DNA from: Arcobacteraceae bacterium
GTDB lineage: Bacteria; Campylobacterota; Campylobacteria; Campylobacterales; Arcobacteraceae
Reading direction: 5' to 3'
Assembly (NCBI GenBank): GCA_963677755.1
Contig: OY782506.1
Coordinates: forward strand, 958,137-1,022,136
Length of the DNA: 64,000 bases
Shown here piece after piece: positions 47,746 through 57,927 of the stretch. The notes below the pieces were generated by a model. That model had not been told where the DNA came from. It ran no database searches and saw only the letters and a program-made list of their open reading frames with translations. The number at the start of each line of letters is the position of its first letter. The stretch's first letter is position 1. Both the position numbers and the translations under genes were made by a program.

Positions 47746-48726
47746 ATGGTTAAGTTAAATTGTTTACAATACAAACGAGCTGACCATTTAACTATTACAA
47801 ATGATTATAGTGTAAGTGCTTTAGTATCAAATGAGGAATTTGATGCTTTGTGCTTACGTTATTATAAAAAGTTTGAATATCCAAGTTTAAAAACATTTTC
47901 TCTATTAAAAGAGGGTTTTTTAGGATTGTTTTTAGAGTTAGAGGGAAAAATTGCTGTCAGTGTTGGAGAAACACAAGCGGTAATTGATGGTGCAAAATTA
48001 TACGAGAAATTGGGTTTTGAAATTCAATGGGTTAATTTAAAAAAAGATGGAACAGTAAATCTCTATGATTTAAAAGATAAAAATATAGATTTCTTGTTCT
48101 TATCTTCTTATGTGATGGATACTTTTGCAAAAATAGATTTAAAAAGAATTAAAAGATATACAAAAGCAAAAATCATCTCAAATGGAACAGCACATAAAGA
48201 TACTTTAAGTGATGCAATTTATTTTGATAATTATAAGTTAACAGGTTTCTCTGTCTCAGCAGTATTGTTATTTAAAAATGATTTATTTGAACTTTTACCT
48301 GTTGGACAAATAGATTCAGTTGCTTTAAAAATATGTTATGATGCATTGGAAAAGCAAAATTTTAATAATAATATGAAACCATTATTTATTGAACACCTTC
48401 TTGAAATATTTAATGATGATATTTGTTTTTTTGTGAATCATAAAAGAACATTGCCATACTCTTTACATTTTGGTTTAAAGTATATAAAAGCAAGAGAGTT
48501 AATACGAACAATGGCTTTAAATAAAATATATATAACAAATGGGGAAGGGTGTTCTTTAGGTTTTTCAAAACCATCTAGAATAGTACAAGAAATGGGATAT
48601 GATGAAACTAGAAGTAGATGTGCAATATCATTATCTTTTGATCAAGAGCTAACTCCTGAAGAGATAAAAAAAGTAGTAGAAACTATGTATAAAAAATATA
48701 AACAAATACGAGCATTAAATAATTAA
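47746..48726 (+). CDS. short NifS/IscS-like (class V aminotransferase fold) protein
   Basis: 326 aa. GTAHKDTLSDAIYF resembles the SAHK PLP-lysine motif, ITNGEGCSLG resembles the active-site Cys loop, and RCAISLSF resembles the C-terminal IRFSL motif. ATG directly abuts the fdhD stop (TAGATG). Confidence 0.55.
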   Translation: MVKLNCLQYKRADHLTITNDYSVSALVSNEEFDALCLRYYKKFEYPSLKTFSLLKEGFLGLFLELEGKIAVSVGETQAVIDGAKLYEKLGFEIQWVNLKKDGTVNLYDLKDKNIDFLFLSSYVMDTFAKIDLKRIKRYTKAKIISNGTAHKDTLSDAIYFDNYKLTGFSVSAVLLFKNDLFELLPVGQIDSVALKICYDALEKQNFNNNMKPLFIEHLLEIFNDDICFFVNHKRTLPYSLHFGLKYIKARELIRTMALNKIYITNGEGCSLGFSKPSRIVQEMGYDETRSRCAISLSFDQELTPEEIKKVVETMYKKYKQIRALNN

Positions 48727-48744
48727 TATTTTCTAAGTGTTATT

Positions 48745-48780
48745 AAAAAAGGGTTGCTAAATTTAGCAACCCTTTTTTTA
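48745..48780. terminator. bidirectional terminator
   Basis: AAAAAAGGGTTGCTAAATTTAGCAACCCTTTTTTT between convergent genes. Confidence 0.65.
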
Positions 48781-48799
48781 ATAGAAAAGTAATAGTAGA

Positions 48800-49672
48800 T
48801 TATTTAGTTAAAACCTCTTTTACAGCTTTCCCTATTTCTGCTGGAGAAACAACAACTTTAACCCCTGCATCTTCAAGTGCAGCCATTTTTTCAGCAGCCG
48901 TACCAGCTCCACCAGATACAATAGCACCAGCGTGACCCATTCTTTTCCCAGCAGGTGCAGTTTGACCAGCAATAAATGCTACAACAGGTTTCGTAATATT
49001 TTCTTTGATATACGCAGCAGCTTGAATCTCTAAATCTCCACCAATTTCACCAATCATAACAATTGCTTCAGTTTCTGGATCTGCTTCAAACATTGGTAAT
49101 AATTGTTTGTATGAAAGTCCAATAATTGGGTCTCCACCAATACCAACAGCTGTTGTGATACCAAATCCTTCTTTACACACTTGGTTTGCACCTTCATATG
49201 TTAATGTTCCAGATTTAGATATAAGCCCTACATTTCCTTTTTTGAAAATATTTCCTGGCATAATACCTATTTTACATTCTTGGGCAGTTATAATTCCTGG
49301 ACAGTTTGGTCCAATAGTCATCATCCCATGTTTTACAGCGTAAGCTTTTGCAGCTTGCATATCTCTTACAGGCGCACCTTCTGTAATAATAACAGCAAGT
49401 TTAATCCCAGCCTCAGCAGCTTCCATAACAGCATCTGCTACAAAAACAGGTGGAACAAATATCATTGATACTGTTGCATTCGTAGCATTTACAGCACATT
49501 GCACAGTATTAAAAACAGGTTTTCCTAAATGTTCTTGACCACCTTTATTTGGAGTGACACCACCTACTATATTTGTCCCATAAGCTATACATTGTTCAGA
49601 ATGAAAAGTACCTTCTTTCCCTGTGAAACCTTGAACGATTACTTTTGTATCTTTATTTACTAAAATTGACAT
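48800..49672 (-). CDS. sucD: succinyl-CoA synthetase alpha subunit
   Basis: 290 aa. Motifs [19 protein letters not shown] and the phosphohistidine loop MGHAGAI. Confidence 0.95.
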   Translation of the reverse strand: MSILVNKDTKVIVQGFTGKEGTFHSEQCIAYGTNIVGGVTPNKGGQEHLGKPVFNTVQCAVNATNATVSMIFVPPVFVADAVMEAAEAGIKLAVIITEGAPVRDMQAAKAYAVKHGMMTIGPNCPGIITAQECKIGIMPGNIFKKGNVGLISKSGTLTYEGANQVCKEGFGITTAVGIGGDPIIGLSYKQLLPMFEADPETEAIVMIGEIGGDLEIQAAAYIKENITKPVVAFIAGQTAPAGKRMGHAGAIVSGGAGTAAEKMAALEDAGVKVVVSPAEIGKAVKEVLTK

Positions 49673-49684
49673 CTATAATACTCC

Positions 49685-50857
49685 TTACTGTGCCGCTGCA
49701 GCTTCAACTGCTTTTTTTGCACCATCACCTAAATCTGTTGCACTTATAACATTGTCTATACCCGCACTTTTCAATATTTCTGCAGCTTCCGGTGCATTTG
49801 TTCCATCAAGTCTTACAATAATAGGGACTCTTACATCTACCATTTTTGTAGCTTCTAAAATACCATTTGCAATTCTATCACATCTTACAATACCACCAAA
49901 AATATTAACAAATATCGCTTTTACTTTTGGATTTTTTAAAATTATTTCAAAACCTTTTGCAACTGTTTCAGCATTTGCTTTTCCACCTACATCAAGGAAA
50001 TTTGCAGGAGTTCCACCCATATAATTAATAGTATCCATAGTACCCATAGCAAGTCCTGCTCCATTTACCATACAACCAATTTCACCATCTAGTGAAATGT
50101 ATGATAATCCATACTGACTAGCTTCTCTTTCATCAGCATCTTCTTCACTTATATCCCTCATATCTTCTATATCAGGATGACGTGCTAATGCAGAATCATC
50201 AAATCCCATTTTTCCATCAAGAGCTAAAAAGTCCCCTGATTTTGTTTTAATAAGTGGATTTATTTCGATAAGTTCTGCATCATTTTCCATATATAGAGTA
50301 TAAAGTTTTTTTGCAAAATCAATAAATTTTCTTTGTTCATTTTTATCTGTAATTCCTAGTTCAAAAACAAGTCTTCTTCCATGAAAACCATGAAAACCTA
50401 TTGCTGGGTCAACTGGTACTTTGATGATTTTTTCAGGAGTTTTTTCAGCTACTTTTTCTATCTCCATTCCACCTTCATTTGAAGCCATAATAACAGGCAT
50501 CTCTCTAGCTCTATCTAAAACAATACCAAGATATAATTCATCTTGAATATCTGCTCCCTCTTCAATATATACTTTATTTACAGTTTTTCCCTCAGGTCCT
50601 GTTTGGTGAGTAACAAGTTGCATATGAAGAATTTCACTTGCTAGTTCTTCTACTTCAGTAACAGATTTAGCAATTTTAACTCCTCCACCTAGTCCTCTTC
50701 CTCCTGCGTGTATCTGAGCTTTTACAACCCAAATGTTTCCACCAAGTTCATGTGCATTTGCCACAGCTTGTGCTGGGGTATTTGCAACGATACCTCGTGG
50801 TGTTGGTACACCATATTTTGCAAAAATTTGTTTTGCTTGATATTCGTGAATATTCAT
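49685..50857 (-). CDS. sucC: succinyl-CoA synthetase beta subunit
   Basis: 390 aa. MNIHEYQAKQIF start, ATP-grasp motifs and GCMVNGAGLAMGTMD. Confidence 0.95.
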   Translation of the reverse strand: MNIHEYQAKQIFAKYGVPTPRGIVANTPAQAVANAHELGGNIWVVKAQIHAGGRGLGGGVKIAKSVTEVEELASEILHMQLVTHQTGPEGKTVNKVYIEEGADIQDELYLGIVLDRAREMPVIMASNEGGMEIEKVAEKTPEKIIKVPVDPAIGFHGFHGRRLVFELGITDKNEQRKFIDFAKKLYTLYMENDAELIEINPLIKTKSGDFLALDGKMGFDDSALARHPDIEDMRDISEEDADEREASQYGLSYISLDGEIGCMVNGAGLAMGTMDTINYMGGTPANFLDVGGKANAETVAKGFEIILKNPKVKAIFVNIFGGIVRCDRIANGILEATKMVDVRVPIIVRLDGTNAPEAAEILKSAGIDNVISATDLGDGAKKAVEAAAAQ

Positions 50858-50987
50858 TATTTCTCCTATGTAAGATTTGAATTTAAAAAATTATAGCAAT
50901 ATAGTGATTTAACTATTTTTACATTTTTATAAAAAATGTATTTTCAGGTAAGATTAGTTACGAATTGTATCAAAAGTTACAAAAATA

Positions 50988-51293
50988 CTACTTTTTTAAC
51001 TTATAATATGTTTCGTTTAGATACTTTGTTACTTTCTCTTGTTCTTCTGGAAACCATCCGATATGTAGAGAATTGTCACATGTACTTACCCATGAGGCTA
51101 AATTATTAACATTTTGAACTTTTTTATTCATTTTGTCAAATTCACCATCTACTATGTGACATTTCTGACAGTTTGCTTCTTTAAATAGTTCTTCACCCTC
51201 TTGGATAGTTTCATCTAAAGGTTGAGAATATAAAGGTAAACTACAAACTGCAACTAAAAGTGACTTATAAATTATTTTTGTAAAAGTAATCAT
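50988..51293 (-). CDS. small periplasmic monohaem cytochrome c-like protein
   Basis: 101 aa with a signal peptide and a single CQKCH motif. Confidence 0.6.
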   Translation of the reverse strand: MITFTKIIYKSLLVAVCSLPLYSQPLDETIQEGEELFKEANCQKCHIVDGEFDKMNKKVQNVNNLASWVSTCDNSLHIGWFPEEQEKVTKYLNETYYKLKK

Positions 51294-51409
51294 TTGAAAT
51301 CCTTTCTACTAATACTTTAGTGTATAAGAATTTACGTTAAATAATGGTTAACTTGAGAATGTAGCTGCTACTTTAGTTGAAAATTCATCTAAAGTAAAGC
51401 AAAGGTAAC

Positions 51410-51967
51410 TTACTTTACCTCGTACTGTTCTCGTCCCATTTGGTATAAATCTGCACCATAGGTATCATTGATTACTGTTACTGGGAAATTTTCTACAGTA
51501 AGTTTTCTAACTGCTTCTGGTCCAAGTTCTGGATATGCAATTATCTCTGCACTTTTGATTTGTTTTCCTAGAAGAGCTCCAGCACCACCTGTTGCACCAA
51601 AATATATTCCGCCGTATTCTTTACAAGCATCTTTTACTTCTTGGTTTCTTTTCCCTTTTCCTATCATCCCTTTTGAACCATTTTTCAACATAGTTGGTGA
51701 GTAGCTATCCATTCTATATGATGTAGTGGGTCCCGCACTTCCTATTGGATCACCCGGTTTTGGGGGAGTTGGTCCTACAAAGTATATTACACTTCCTTCT
51801 AAGTCAAAAGGAAGTTCTTCCCCAGCTTCTATTAAATCAACAAGTCTTTTATGTGCAGCATCTCTTGCTGTAAAAATAACACCACTAAGATATACTATAT
51901 CACCAGCTTTTAATTCTCTTGTTTGCTCTTCTGTCAATGGAGTTGTTAAATTATATGTTTTACTCAT
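51410..51967 (-). CDS. class I (Fe-S) fumarate hydratase, beta (C-terminal) subunit
   Basis: 185 aa. GVIFTARDAAHKR...GPTTSYRMD...GKGKR motifs of the Fe-S hydro-lyase beta family, in a TCA gene context. Confidence 0.85.
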   Translation of the reverse strand: MSKTYNLTTPLTEEQTRELKAGDIVYLSGVIFTARDAAHKRLVDLIEAGEELPFDLEGSVIYFVGPTPPKPGDPIGSAGPTTSYRMDSYSPTMLKNGSKGMIGKGKRNQEVKDACKEYGGIYFGATGGAGALLGKQIKSAEIIAYPELGPEAVRKLTVENFPVTVINDTYGADLYQMGREQYEVK

Positions 51968-51979
51968 TTTATTTACCCT

Positions 51980-52831
51980 TTATATAGTGATATGTGTATG
52001 TCGAGAACTATGACATTGTACATTTACAGAAACTGGTAAACTAGCTATATGACATGGATTTGCTTCAATATGAACAGCAAGTGCAGTTTTAGTTCCACCC
52101 ATACCCATAGCTCCAATTCCTAGATTGTTTAGCTCTACTAAAATTCTTTGCTCTAGTTCATCCATCTCTGGGTCTTCATTTTTTGTCCCTAATGTTCTAA
52201 ATAGTGCATGTTTTGAACTAATTGCAGCTTTTTCAAAAGTACCACCAATTCCAACACCAACTGTAATAGGTGGACATGGGTTTGGTCCCGCATTAGAAAT
52301 AACTTCTTTAACATATTCTACAATTCCATCTTTTCCAGCAGCTGGAGGAAATACAGTAGCTCTTGATACATTTTCACTTCCTCCACCTTTTGCTGCATAT
52401 TCGATATCTATTTTATCTCCAGCAACTATATCAAAATGGATAATAGCAGGGAGGTTATAACCAACTGTATCTTTTAGATTTGCTCTACTAAATGGTTCAC
52501 AGGTTGAAGCTCTTAAATATGCATCTTTATATCCCTGTTCAGTTCCTTTATTAATGGCATCTTTTAAAAGACCACCATCAATTTTTACTTCATCTCCAAC
52601 TTTTACAAAAAATACTGCAAGTCCTGTATCTTGACATAAAGGTCTTTTTTCGTTTTTTGCAATGTCAGCATTTTCAAGTATCTGTTTCAATACCTCTTTA
52701 GATACAGGTGATTTTTCCTCTTCCATAGCTTGTTTTAGTGCATCATAAGCATCTTGTGGTAAATCTGTACCACAATGTACTATGATGTCCCTAACCGCTT
52801 TAACTACATCATTAAATTGTATTACTCTCAT
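51980..52831 (-). CDS. class I (Fe-S) fumarate hydratase, alpha (N-terminal) subunit
   Basis: 283 aa. PLCQDTGLAVFF and GPNPCPPITVGVGIGG motifs. Confidence 0.85.
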   Translation of the reverse strand: MRVIQFNDVVKAVRDIIVHCGTDLPQDAYDALKQAMEEEKSPVSKEVLKQILENADIAKNEKRPLCQDTGLAVFFVKVGDEVKIDGGLLKDAINKGTEQGYKDAYLRASTCEPFSRANLKDTVGYNLPAIIHFDIVAGDKIDIEYAAKGGGSENVSRATVFPPAAGKDGIVEYVKEVISNAGPNPCPPITVGVGIGGTFEKAAISSKHALFRTLGTKNEDPEMDELEQRILVELNNLGIGAMGMGGTKTALAVHIEANPCHIASLPVSVNVQCHSSRHTHITI

Positions 52832-52948
52832 ATAAACTCCATTACTAAAATTCTTTTATAACTTTATATTATCATCAAACTAGTTAATAAACTCTAAAAA
52901 AAAAGACAAGCAATTGTGCTTATCTTTTTTTGTGTAGTTTTGCTACTT

Positions 52949-53902
52949 TTATCTAAGTGTATCAAAAAAATTATTTTTCGTTAACACATCAATCCCTTTT
53001 TTTATTGTTGCTACAGATTGATCAAATTTTCCTTGAAGTTCATCATCAAATTCTAATTCAATAATTTTTTCTATACCATTTTTCCCTACAATGATTGGAA
53101 CACCTACTGATACATCTTTGTGTCCATACTCACCATCAAGTAAAACAGAAGAGGGGATAACTATTTGACTATCATTTAAAATTGCTTCTACCATAACTGC
53201 AACACATCGTCCAGGTGCATAATATGCACTAGTACCAAGATGTTTTACTATTTCAGCACCGCCTGTTTTTGTTCTTGCAATGATTTGTTCCATATTTTCT
53301 TTTGAAATTATTTCAGTAATAGGAACTCCCCCAATAGAAGAAAGTGAAGGTACAGGTATCATATTTTCACCATGGTCACCTAAAACCATAGCTTTAGTTT
53401 GTGCTCTTCCATAACCTAACTGATGGTTTATTTGATAAGCCATTCGTGAACTATCTAAAGCCCCTGCCATACCAATAATTCTGTTTCTATCCCAGTGTGT
53501 AATTTTATGACAAACATAACACATTACATCAAGTGGATTTGATACACAGATTATAATTGCATTTGGTGAATGAATTTTAACATTTTCAACTACTTCTTTT
53601 GTGATTCTTGCATTGATAAGAAGTAAATCTTCTCTTGTCATATCTCTAGTTCTAGGAACACCTGCTGTTATAACAACAATATCACAATCTGTTATTTCTG
53701 ATGGTGTTTCAACAGCAGTTATTTTTGTACCTATTGGTGAATAGTTAGTTGCTTGTTCTATATCTATTGCTTTTCCAATAGCTATATTTGTATCTATATC
53801 ATAAAGGATTATTTCGTTGCAAGTACCTGTCATACTTAGGCTAAATGCAGCTGTTGCTCCAACAGCACCAGCACCAATAATTCCCACTTTTCTATTTGTC
53901 AT
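52949..53902 (-). CDS. mdh: malate dehydrogenase (LDH-like family)
   Basis: 317 aa. GIIGAGAVG Rossmann motif, ITAGVPR and catalytic DHGENM. Confidence 0.9.
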   Translation of the reverse strand: MTNRKVGIIGAGAVGATAAFSLSMTGTCNEIILYDIDTNIAIGKAIDIEQATNYSPIGTKITAVETPSEITDCDIVVITAGVPRTRDMTREDLLLINARITKEVVENVKIHSPNAIIICVSNPLDVMCYVCHKITHWDRNRIIGMAGALDSSRMAYQINHQLGYGRAQTKAMVLGDHGENMIPVPSLSSIGGVPITEIISKENMEQIIARTKTGGAEIVKHLGTSAYYAPGRCVAVMVEAILNDSQIVIPSSVLLDGEYGHKDVSVGVPIIVGKNGIEKIIELEFDDELQGKFDQSVATIKKGIDVLTKNNFFDTLR

Positions 53903-54119
53903 TTTTTTTCCTAAAATTTATTCAATCGTTATTATCTATTCAAATTAACATAATAAACATTATAAAATTTATTTGATTTGTTTCTTTTTGCAGAAAGTGC
54001 TTAAAATGTAACTTTTTAACACTTTTTTGAATAATCTACAATTTATAGTTTTTGTTACTTTAAATTATATCTATTGTATATAAACTCTTCTTAAAACATA
54101 TTTAATTATAATATAAGCT

Positions 54120-54296
54120 ATGGATAAAAGAATTATATGTCAACGATGTAAATCCTATTATGTGACTTGGGAAAAAAATAAGCCACATGGGTGTCGAGCT
54201 TATGGTTTCAAATCACAAGCTTTACCAGCTGCTGTAGTCAAACAAAGTAGTGGTGTAGAGTGTAGTTTTTATGAACCAAAGAATAAAAAAGTATAA
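54120..54296 (+). CDS. small Cys-rich conserved hypothetical protein (58 aa)
   Basis: Below the ORF-track size cutoff. Hand translation MDKRIICQRCKSYYVTWEKNKPHGCRAYGFKSQALPAAVVKQSSGVECSFYEPKNKKV. The four Cys form a zinc-ribbon-like spacing. Confidence 0.45.
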   Translation: MDKRIICQRCKSYYVTWEKNKPHGCRAYGFKSQALPAAVVKQSSGVECSFYEPKNKKV

Positions 54297-54369
54297 ATAG
54301 CGTTATAAATCAAATAATTTAAACAAAATAATTGTATCATAATTAATGAAGAATATATAGGAGAATGAA

Positions 54370-55308
54370 TTGTTATATGAAGAGTTAAAAACAACTGTTA
54401 AAAATCTAGGTTTTTCTACAATTGAAAGTTTTGCTAACTATGTAGGTGTTACACCTAGTGATATATTAGAGTGGGAACAAAAAGATGAGATACCTTACAC
54501 AATAGCTCTTATAGTACATCTACTTCAAGGTGATCAAAGTGTACCAGGAGACAACAACTCTCTAGACCTTTTGGTTGAAGAGTGTTTACCACTTGCTGCA
54601 TTGTTAGAAGAGTCTTCAAGCTTTCCTGCAAAACTAGAAGAGATGTTCGTACTACAAAAGAAACTCAATGATGATACAAATGGTACAAATTGGGAATTAG
54701 GTGTCAATAAATATGATAAAGAGATTAATTGGTTAAGATGTATCCATATGGAGGTAGCTGAACTTATAGATTCTACACCTTGGAAACATTGGAAAAATAT
54801 TGGTGATCAACCTGATTTAAATAATCTTCATGTAGAACTTGTAGATGTATGGCATTTTTTAATGAGTTATATTTTACAAGAAACAAATATCCCAAAAGCT
54901 GTATCTTTAGTAAATACCCATTGTATTTATGAAGCAGTAGAGATAGAAGAGATAGATGTAAAACTTATCGTTAAAGAGGCCGAAAAGCTTTCATATATCG
55001 CTTTTGCTATAGAAACTGGAAATATGCCACAGTTTAGTGGAGTTGAAAGATTTATTGATCAATTCTTTAGATGCTGTAAACTCTCAGGTCTAAGTTTCTC
55101 TTGGCTACAAAAACTGTATATTGGAAAAAATTCTCTTAATAAATTTAGACAAGACAATGGCTATAAAGAGGGTACTTATATAAAAGAGTGGAATGGTCAA
55201 GAAGATAATGTGGTTATGATTGAAGTATTAAAAGAGTTGAAAAATGCTTCTTATAATACTGTATATAAAGAGTTACAAATAAAATATGATGTGTTAATAA
55301 ACTCTTAA
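54370..55308 (+). CDS. dut: dimeric all-alpha dUTPase-family protein with an N-terminal HTH-like extension
   Basis: 312 aa. NWLRCIHMEVAELIDSTPWKHWK...ELVDVWHFLMSY matches dimeric dUTPase motifs. The first ~60 aa resemble an Xre-type HTH. TTG start. Confidence 0.7.
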   Translation: MLYEELKTTVKNLGFSTIESFANYVGVTPSDILEWEQKDEIPYTIALIVHLLQGDQSVPGDNNSLDLLVEECLPLAALLEESSSFPAKLEEMFVLQKKLNDDTNGTNWELGVNKYDKEINWLRCIHMEVAELIDSTPWKHWKNIGDQPDLNNLHVELVDVWHFLMSYILQETNIPKAVSLVNTHCIYEAVEIEEIDVKLIVKEAEKLSYIAFAIETGNMPQFSGVERFIDQFFRCCKLSGLSFSWLQKLYIGKNSLNKFRQDNGYKEGTYIKEWNGQEDNVVMIEVLKELKNASYNTVYKELQIKYDVLINS

Positions 55309-55730
55309 GGGTTTACAAAAAACTTATAACTAATAATTACAAAAAGGTATCTACTACCTTTTGCAATTACAACTAAGAGTATAAACTTTTTGAAGTTGTA
55401 TTGTAACATACCAGCTACAAATGTTATGGGATCACCAATTATTGGTACCCAAGACAGAAGAATTGAATATCCTCCAAACTTATCAAAATACTTTTTCCCT
55501 TTTATAATATATTTTTCTTGAAGTAATTTATGATTTACTAAATACTCTTCCCCTTTTAATCCTAGCCAATAGTTAATAATTGAACCTATTGAGTTACCAA
55601 AAGTAACAATAATAAAAAGAAAATAGATATTTAAATTAATAGAAATGGTATATAAGAGGAAAGCTTCACTCCCCATGGGAAAAATAGTTGCAGATATTAA
55701 TGCAATAAAAAATAAGTATATATAATTCAT
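55305..55730 (-). CDS. YqaA/DedA-related small membrane protein
   Basis: 141 aa with four hydrophobic helices and FPMGSEAFLLY near the N-terminus. Confidence 0.65.
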   Translation of the reverse strand: MNYIYLFFIALISATIFPMGSEAFLLYTISINLNIYFLFIIVTFGNSIGSIINYWLGLKGEEYLVNHKLLQEKYIIKGKKYFDKFGGYSILLSWVPIIGDPITFVAGMLQYNFKKFILLVVIAKGSRYLFVIISYKFFVNP

Positions 55731-55801
55731 ATAACATAATAACTAATTAATATTTAAGTAGGGTATAACTATAATTAACTTATATACACAAAGGTTTTTT
55801 T

Positions 55802-56275
55802 ATGAATAATATTATGTTTGTACTATTTCTTAGTTTTAGTTCTTTGATGGCTCTTGATATAGATAATGATTTAGTTCAAGATGAAGTAGATGTTTGTTTA
55901 GATACACCAGCAGGCGTATTTGTAGATAAGCAAGGATGTACTAAAGAGATAAGAAGAGTTGTGAACTTTGATCATAACTTATTTATCTTAGATATGACTA
56001 ATATGCAACTCTTACAAGAGTATGCCCAAATTGCCAGTGAAGCATTTGGTTATAACATTATATTAAAAGGTCATACAGACTCAAGAGCTGATTATAAAAC
56101 AAACTTAATTCTTTCAAAAAAAAGAGTGTATACAGTTTTAAAACATTTGGAAAGTTTAGGGATAAATAGTGATAGAATATCTGTTAAATGGTATGGGGAA
56201 ACTAGACCAATTGCTACAAATGTAACACCAGAGGGTAGAGCACTCAATAGAAGAGTTGAGATAATCTTAAAATAA
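55802..56275 (+). CDS. OmpA-family peptidoglycan-binding protein
   Basis: 157 aa. Signal peptide, a thrombospondin-type-3-like Asp-rich repeat, and OmpA_C motifs GHTDSRAD...NLILSKKR...NRRVEI. Confidence 0.8.
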   Translation: MNNIMFVLFLSFSSLMALDIDNDLVQDEVDVCLDTPAGVFVDKQGCTKEIRRVVNFDHNLFILDMTNMQLLQEYAQIASEAFGYNIILKGHTDSRADYKTNLILSKKRVYTVLKHLESLGINSDRISVKWYGETRPIATNVTPEGRALNRRVEIILK

Positions 56276-56436
56276 AAAAATATTGAATAGTATATATGCT
56301 TCAAATAGTAACATTTAATAATAATATAGAAAAATCTTTATAAATATTAAAACTAATTAAACATTATACGATATGATACTTCTAGTAATGTATGAAAATC
56401 ATATATTCTATTTAATTGAATAATGAAGGGGAAAAT

Positions 56437-56769
56437 ATGTCTTTAATGAAAGCACCTGAAAATACTCAAGTATGGGTTGATACTAGCAGATGTAAAGCCT
56501 GTGATATATGTGTTTCAGTTTGTCCAGCGGGAGTGTTGTCAATGAAAGCAGAGCCAACATCTACTTTAGGAGCAATGATTGATATTGTTGCAATTGATAG
56601 CTGTATAGGTTGTAATGACTGTGAGTTAAATTGTCCAGATTTTGCAATATATGTTGCAGACAAAAAAGCAGATCATGTTAAATTTGCAAAACTAACAGAT
56701 GAAGCAAAAGCACGAGCTGCAGCAATTGTAGAAAATAATTATAGATTACCTGAAAATTACGGGAAATAA
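56437..56769 (+). CDS. oorD: 2-oxoglutarate:acceptor oxidoreductase delta (ferredoxin) subunit
   Basis: Two 4Fe-4S motifs (CKACDICVSVCP, CIGCNDCELNCP). ATG 56437 after GAAGGGGA is preferred over the track TTG at 56416. Confidence 0.85.
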   Translation: MSLMKAPENTQVWVDTSRCKACDICVSVCPAGVLSMKAEPTSTLGAMIDIVAIDSCIGCNDCELNCPDFAIYVADKKADHVKFAKLTDEAKARAAAIVENNYRLPENYGK

Positions 56770-56780
56770 GGAGAAATTTA

Positions 56781-57926
56781 ATGTCAACGAGAGAAATAAT
56801 ATCTACTGGTAATGACCTGTCAGCTAGAGCAGCTGTAGATGCAGGATGTGAGTTTTTTGGTGGATATCCACTAACTCCATCAAGTGAGGTGATGCATACA
56901 ATTTCAGATCTTTTACCAAAGGTTGGTGGTGTTGCAATCCAAATGGAAGACGAGATAGCAGGTATCTGTTGTGTAATAGGTGCTGCAATGTCAGGGAAAA
57001 GAGCATTAACAGCTACATCAGGTCCTGGTATGAGTTTAAAAGCTGAAAACTTAGGTCTTGCTCAAATGGCAGAAACACCACTAGTTTGTGTGAATGTTAT
57101 GAGAGGTGGTCCATCAACAGGACTTCCAACTAGAGTTTCACAAGGTGATGTACTTCAAGCAAAAAATCCTTCACATGGTGATTATAAATCAATCACATTG
57201 TGTGCAGGGTCATTAGCTGAGTGTTATACAGAAGTAGTACGTGCTTTTAATTTAGCAGATAGATTTATGCAACCTGTTATTGTTCTTACTGATGAAACTT
57301 TAGGTCATATGCATGGAAAAGCGATCATACCAACTGTAGAAGAAGTTAAAGCAGGAATTGTACCTAGAAAGAAATTTGAAGGTGCACCTGAAGATTATTT
57401 TCCATATGAGTGTGAGGGTGATCAACCTGCAGTTTTAAATCCTATGTTCGAAGGGTATAGATATCACTTTACAGGTCTTCATCATGATAAAAATGGTTTT
57501 CCAACTGAAGAGATTAATACATGTAGAGACTTGATTCAAAGACTTGAAGATAAAGTTGAATTACATAGAGATGAATTAGAATTAAATGAAGAATTTATGT
57601 GTGATGATTTAGAAGAAAATGATGTTTTAATTATAGCTTATGGTTCTGTATCACTTGCAGCAAAAGAAGCTATAAGACATTTAAGAAAAGATGGAATTAA
57701 AGCTGGTTTATTTAGACCAATTACTTTATGGCCATCACCAGCTGAAAGAATTAAACATTTCACTGATAAAATTAAAAATGTACTTTGTGTAGAATTAAAT
57801 ATCAAACAATATACAGCTGAAATAGAAAGAGTTTCTAGTAGATTAGATCTTGAAGGTTTGTATAAAGTAAATGGTAGAGCTATCTCTCCTCATGAGATTG
57901 TAGCAAAAGTTAAGGAGGTATTTTAA
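56781..57926 (+). CDS. oorA: 2-oxoglutarate:acceptor oxidoreductase alpha subunit
   Basis: 381 aa of the 2-oxoacid:ferredoxin oxidoreductase alpha family, in the canonical oorDABC order. Confidence 0.9.
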   Translation: MSTREIISTGNDLSARAAVDAGCEFFGGYPLTPSSEVMHTISDLLPKVGGVAIQMEDEIAGICCVIGAAMSGKRALTATSGPGMSLKAENLGLAQMAETPLVCVNVMRGGPSTGLPTRVSQGDVLQAKNPSHGDYKSITLCAGSLAECYTEVVRAFNLADRFMQPVIVLTDETLGHMHGKAIIPTVEEVKAGIVPRKKFEGAPEDYFPYECEGDQPAVLNPMFEGYRYHFTGLHHDKNGFPTEEINTCRDLIQRLEDKVELHRDELELNEEFMCDDLEENDVLIIAYGSVSLAAKEAIRHLRKDGIKAGLFRPITLWPSPAERIKHFTDKIKNVLCVELNIKQYTAEIERVSSRLDLEGLYKVNGRAISPHEIVAKVKEVF

Positions 57927-57927
57927 A

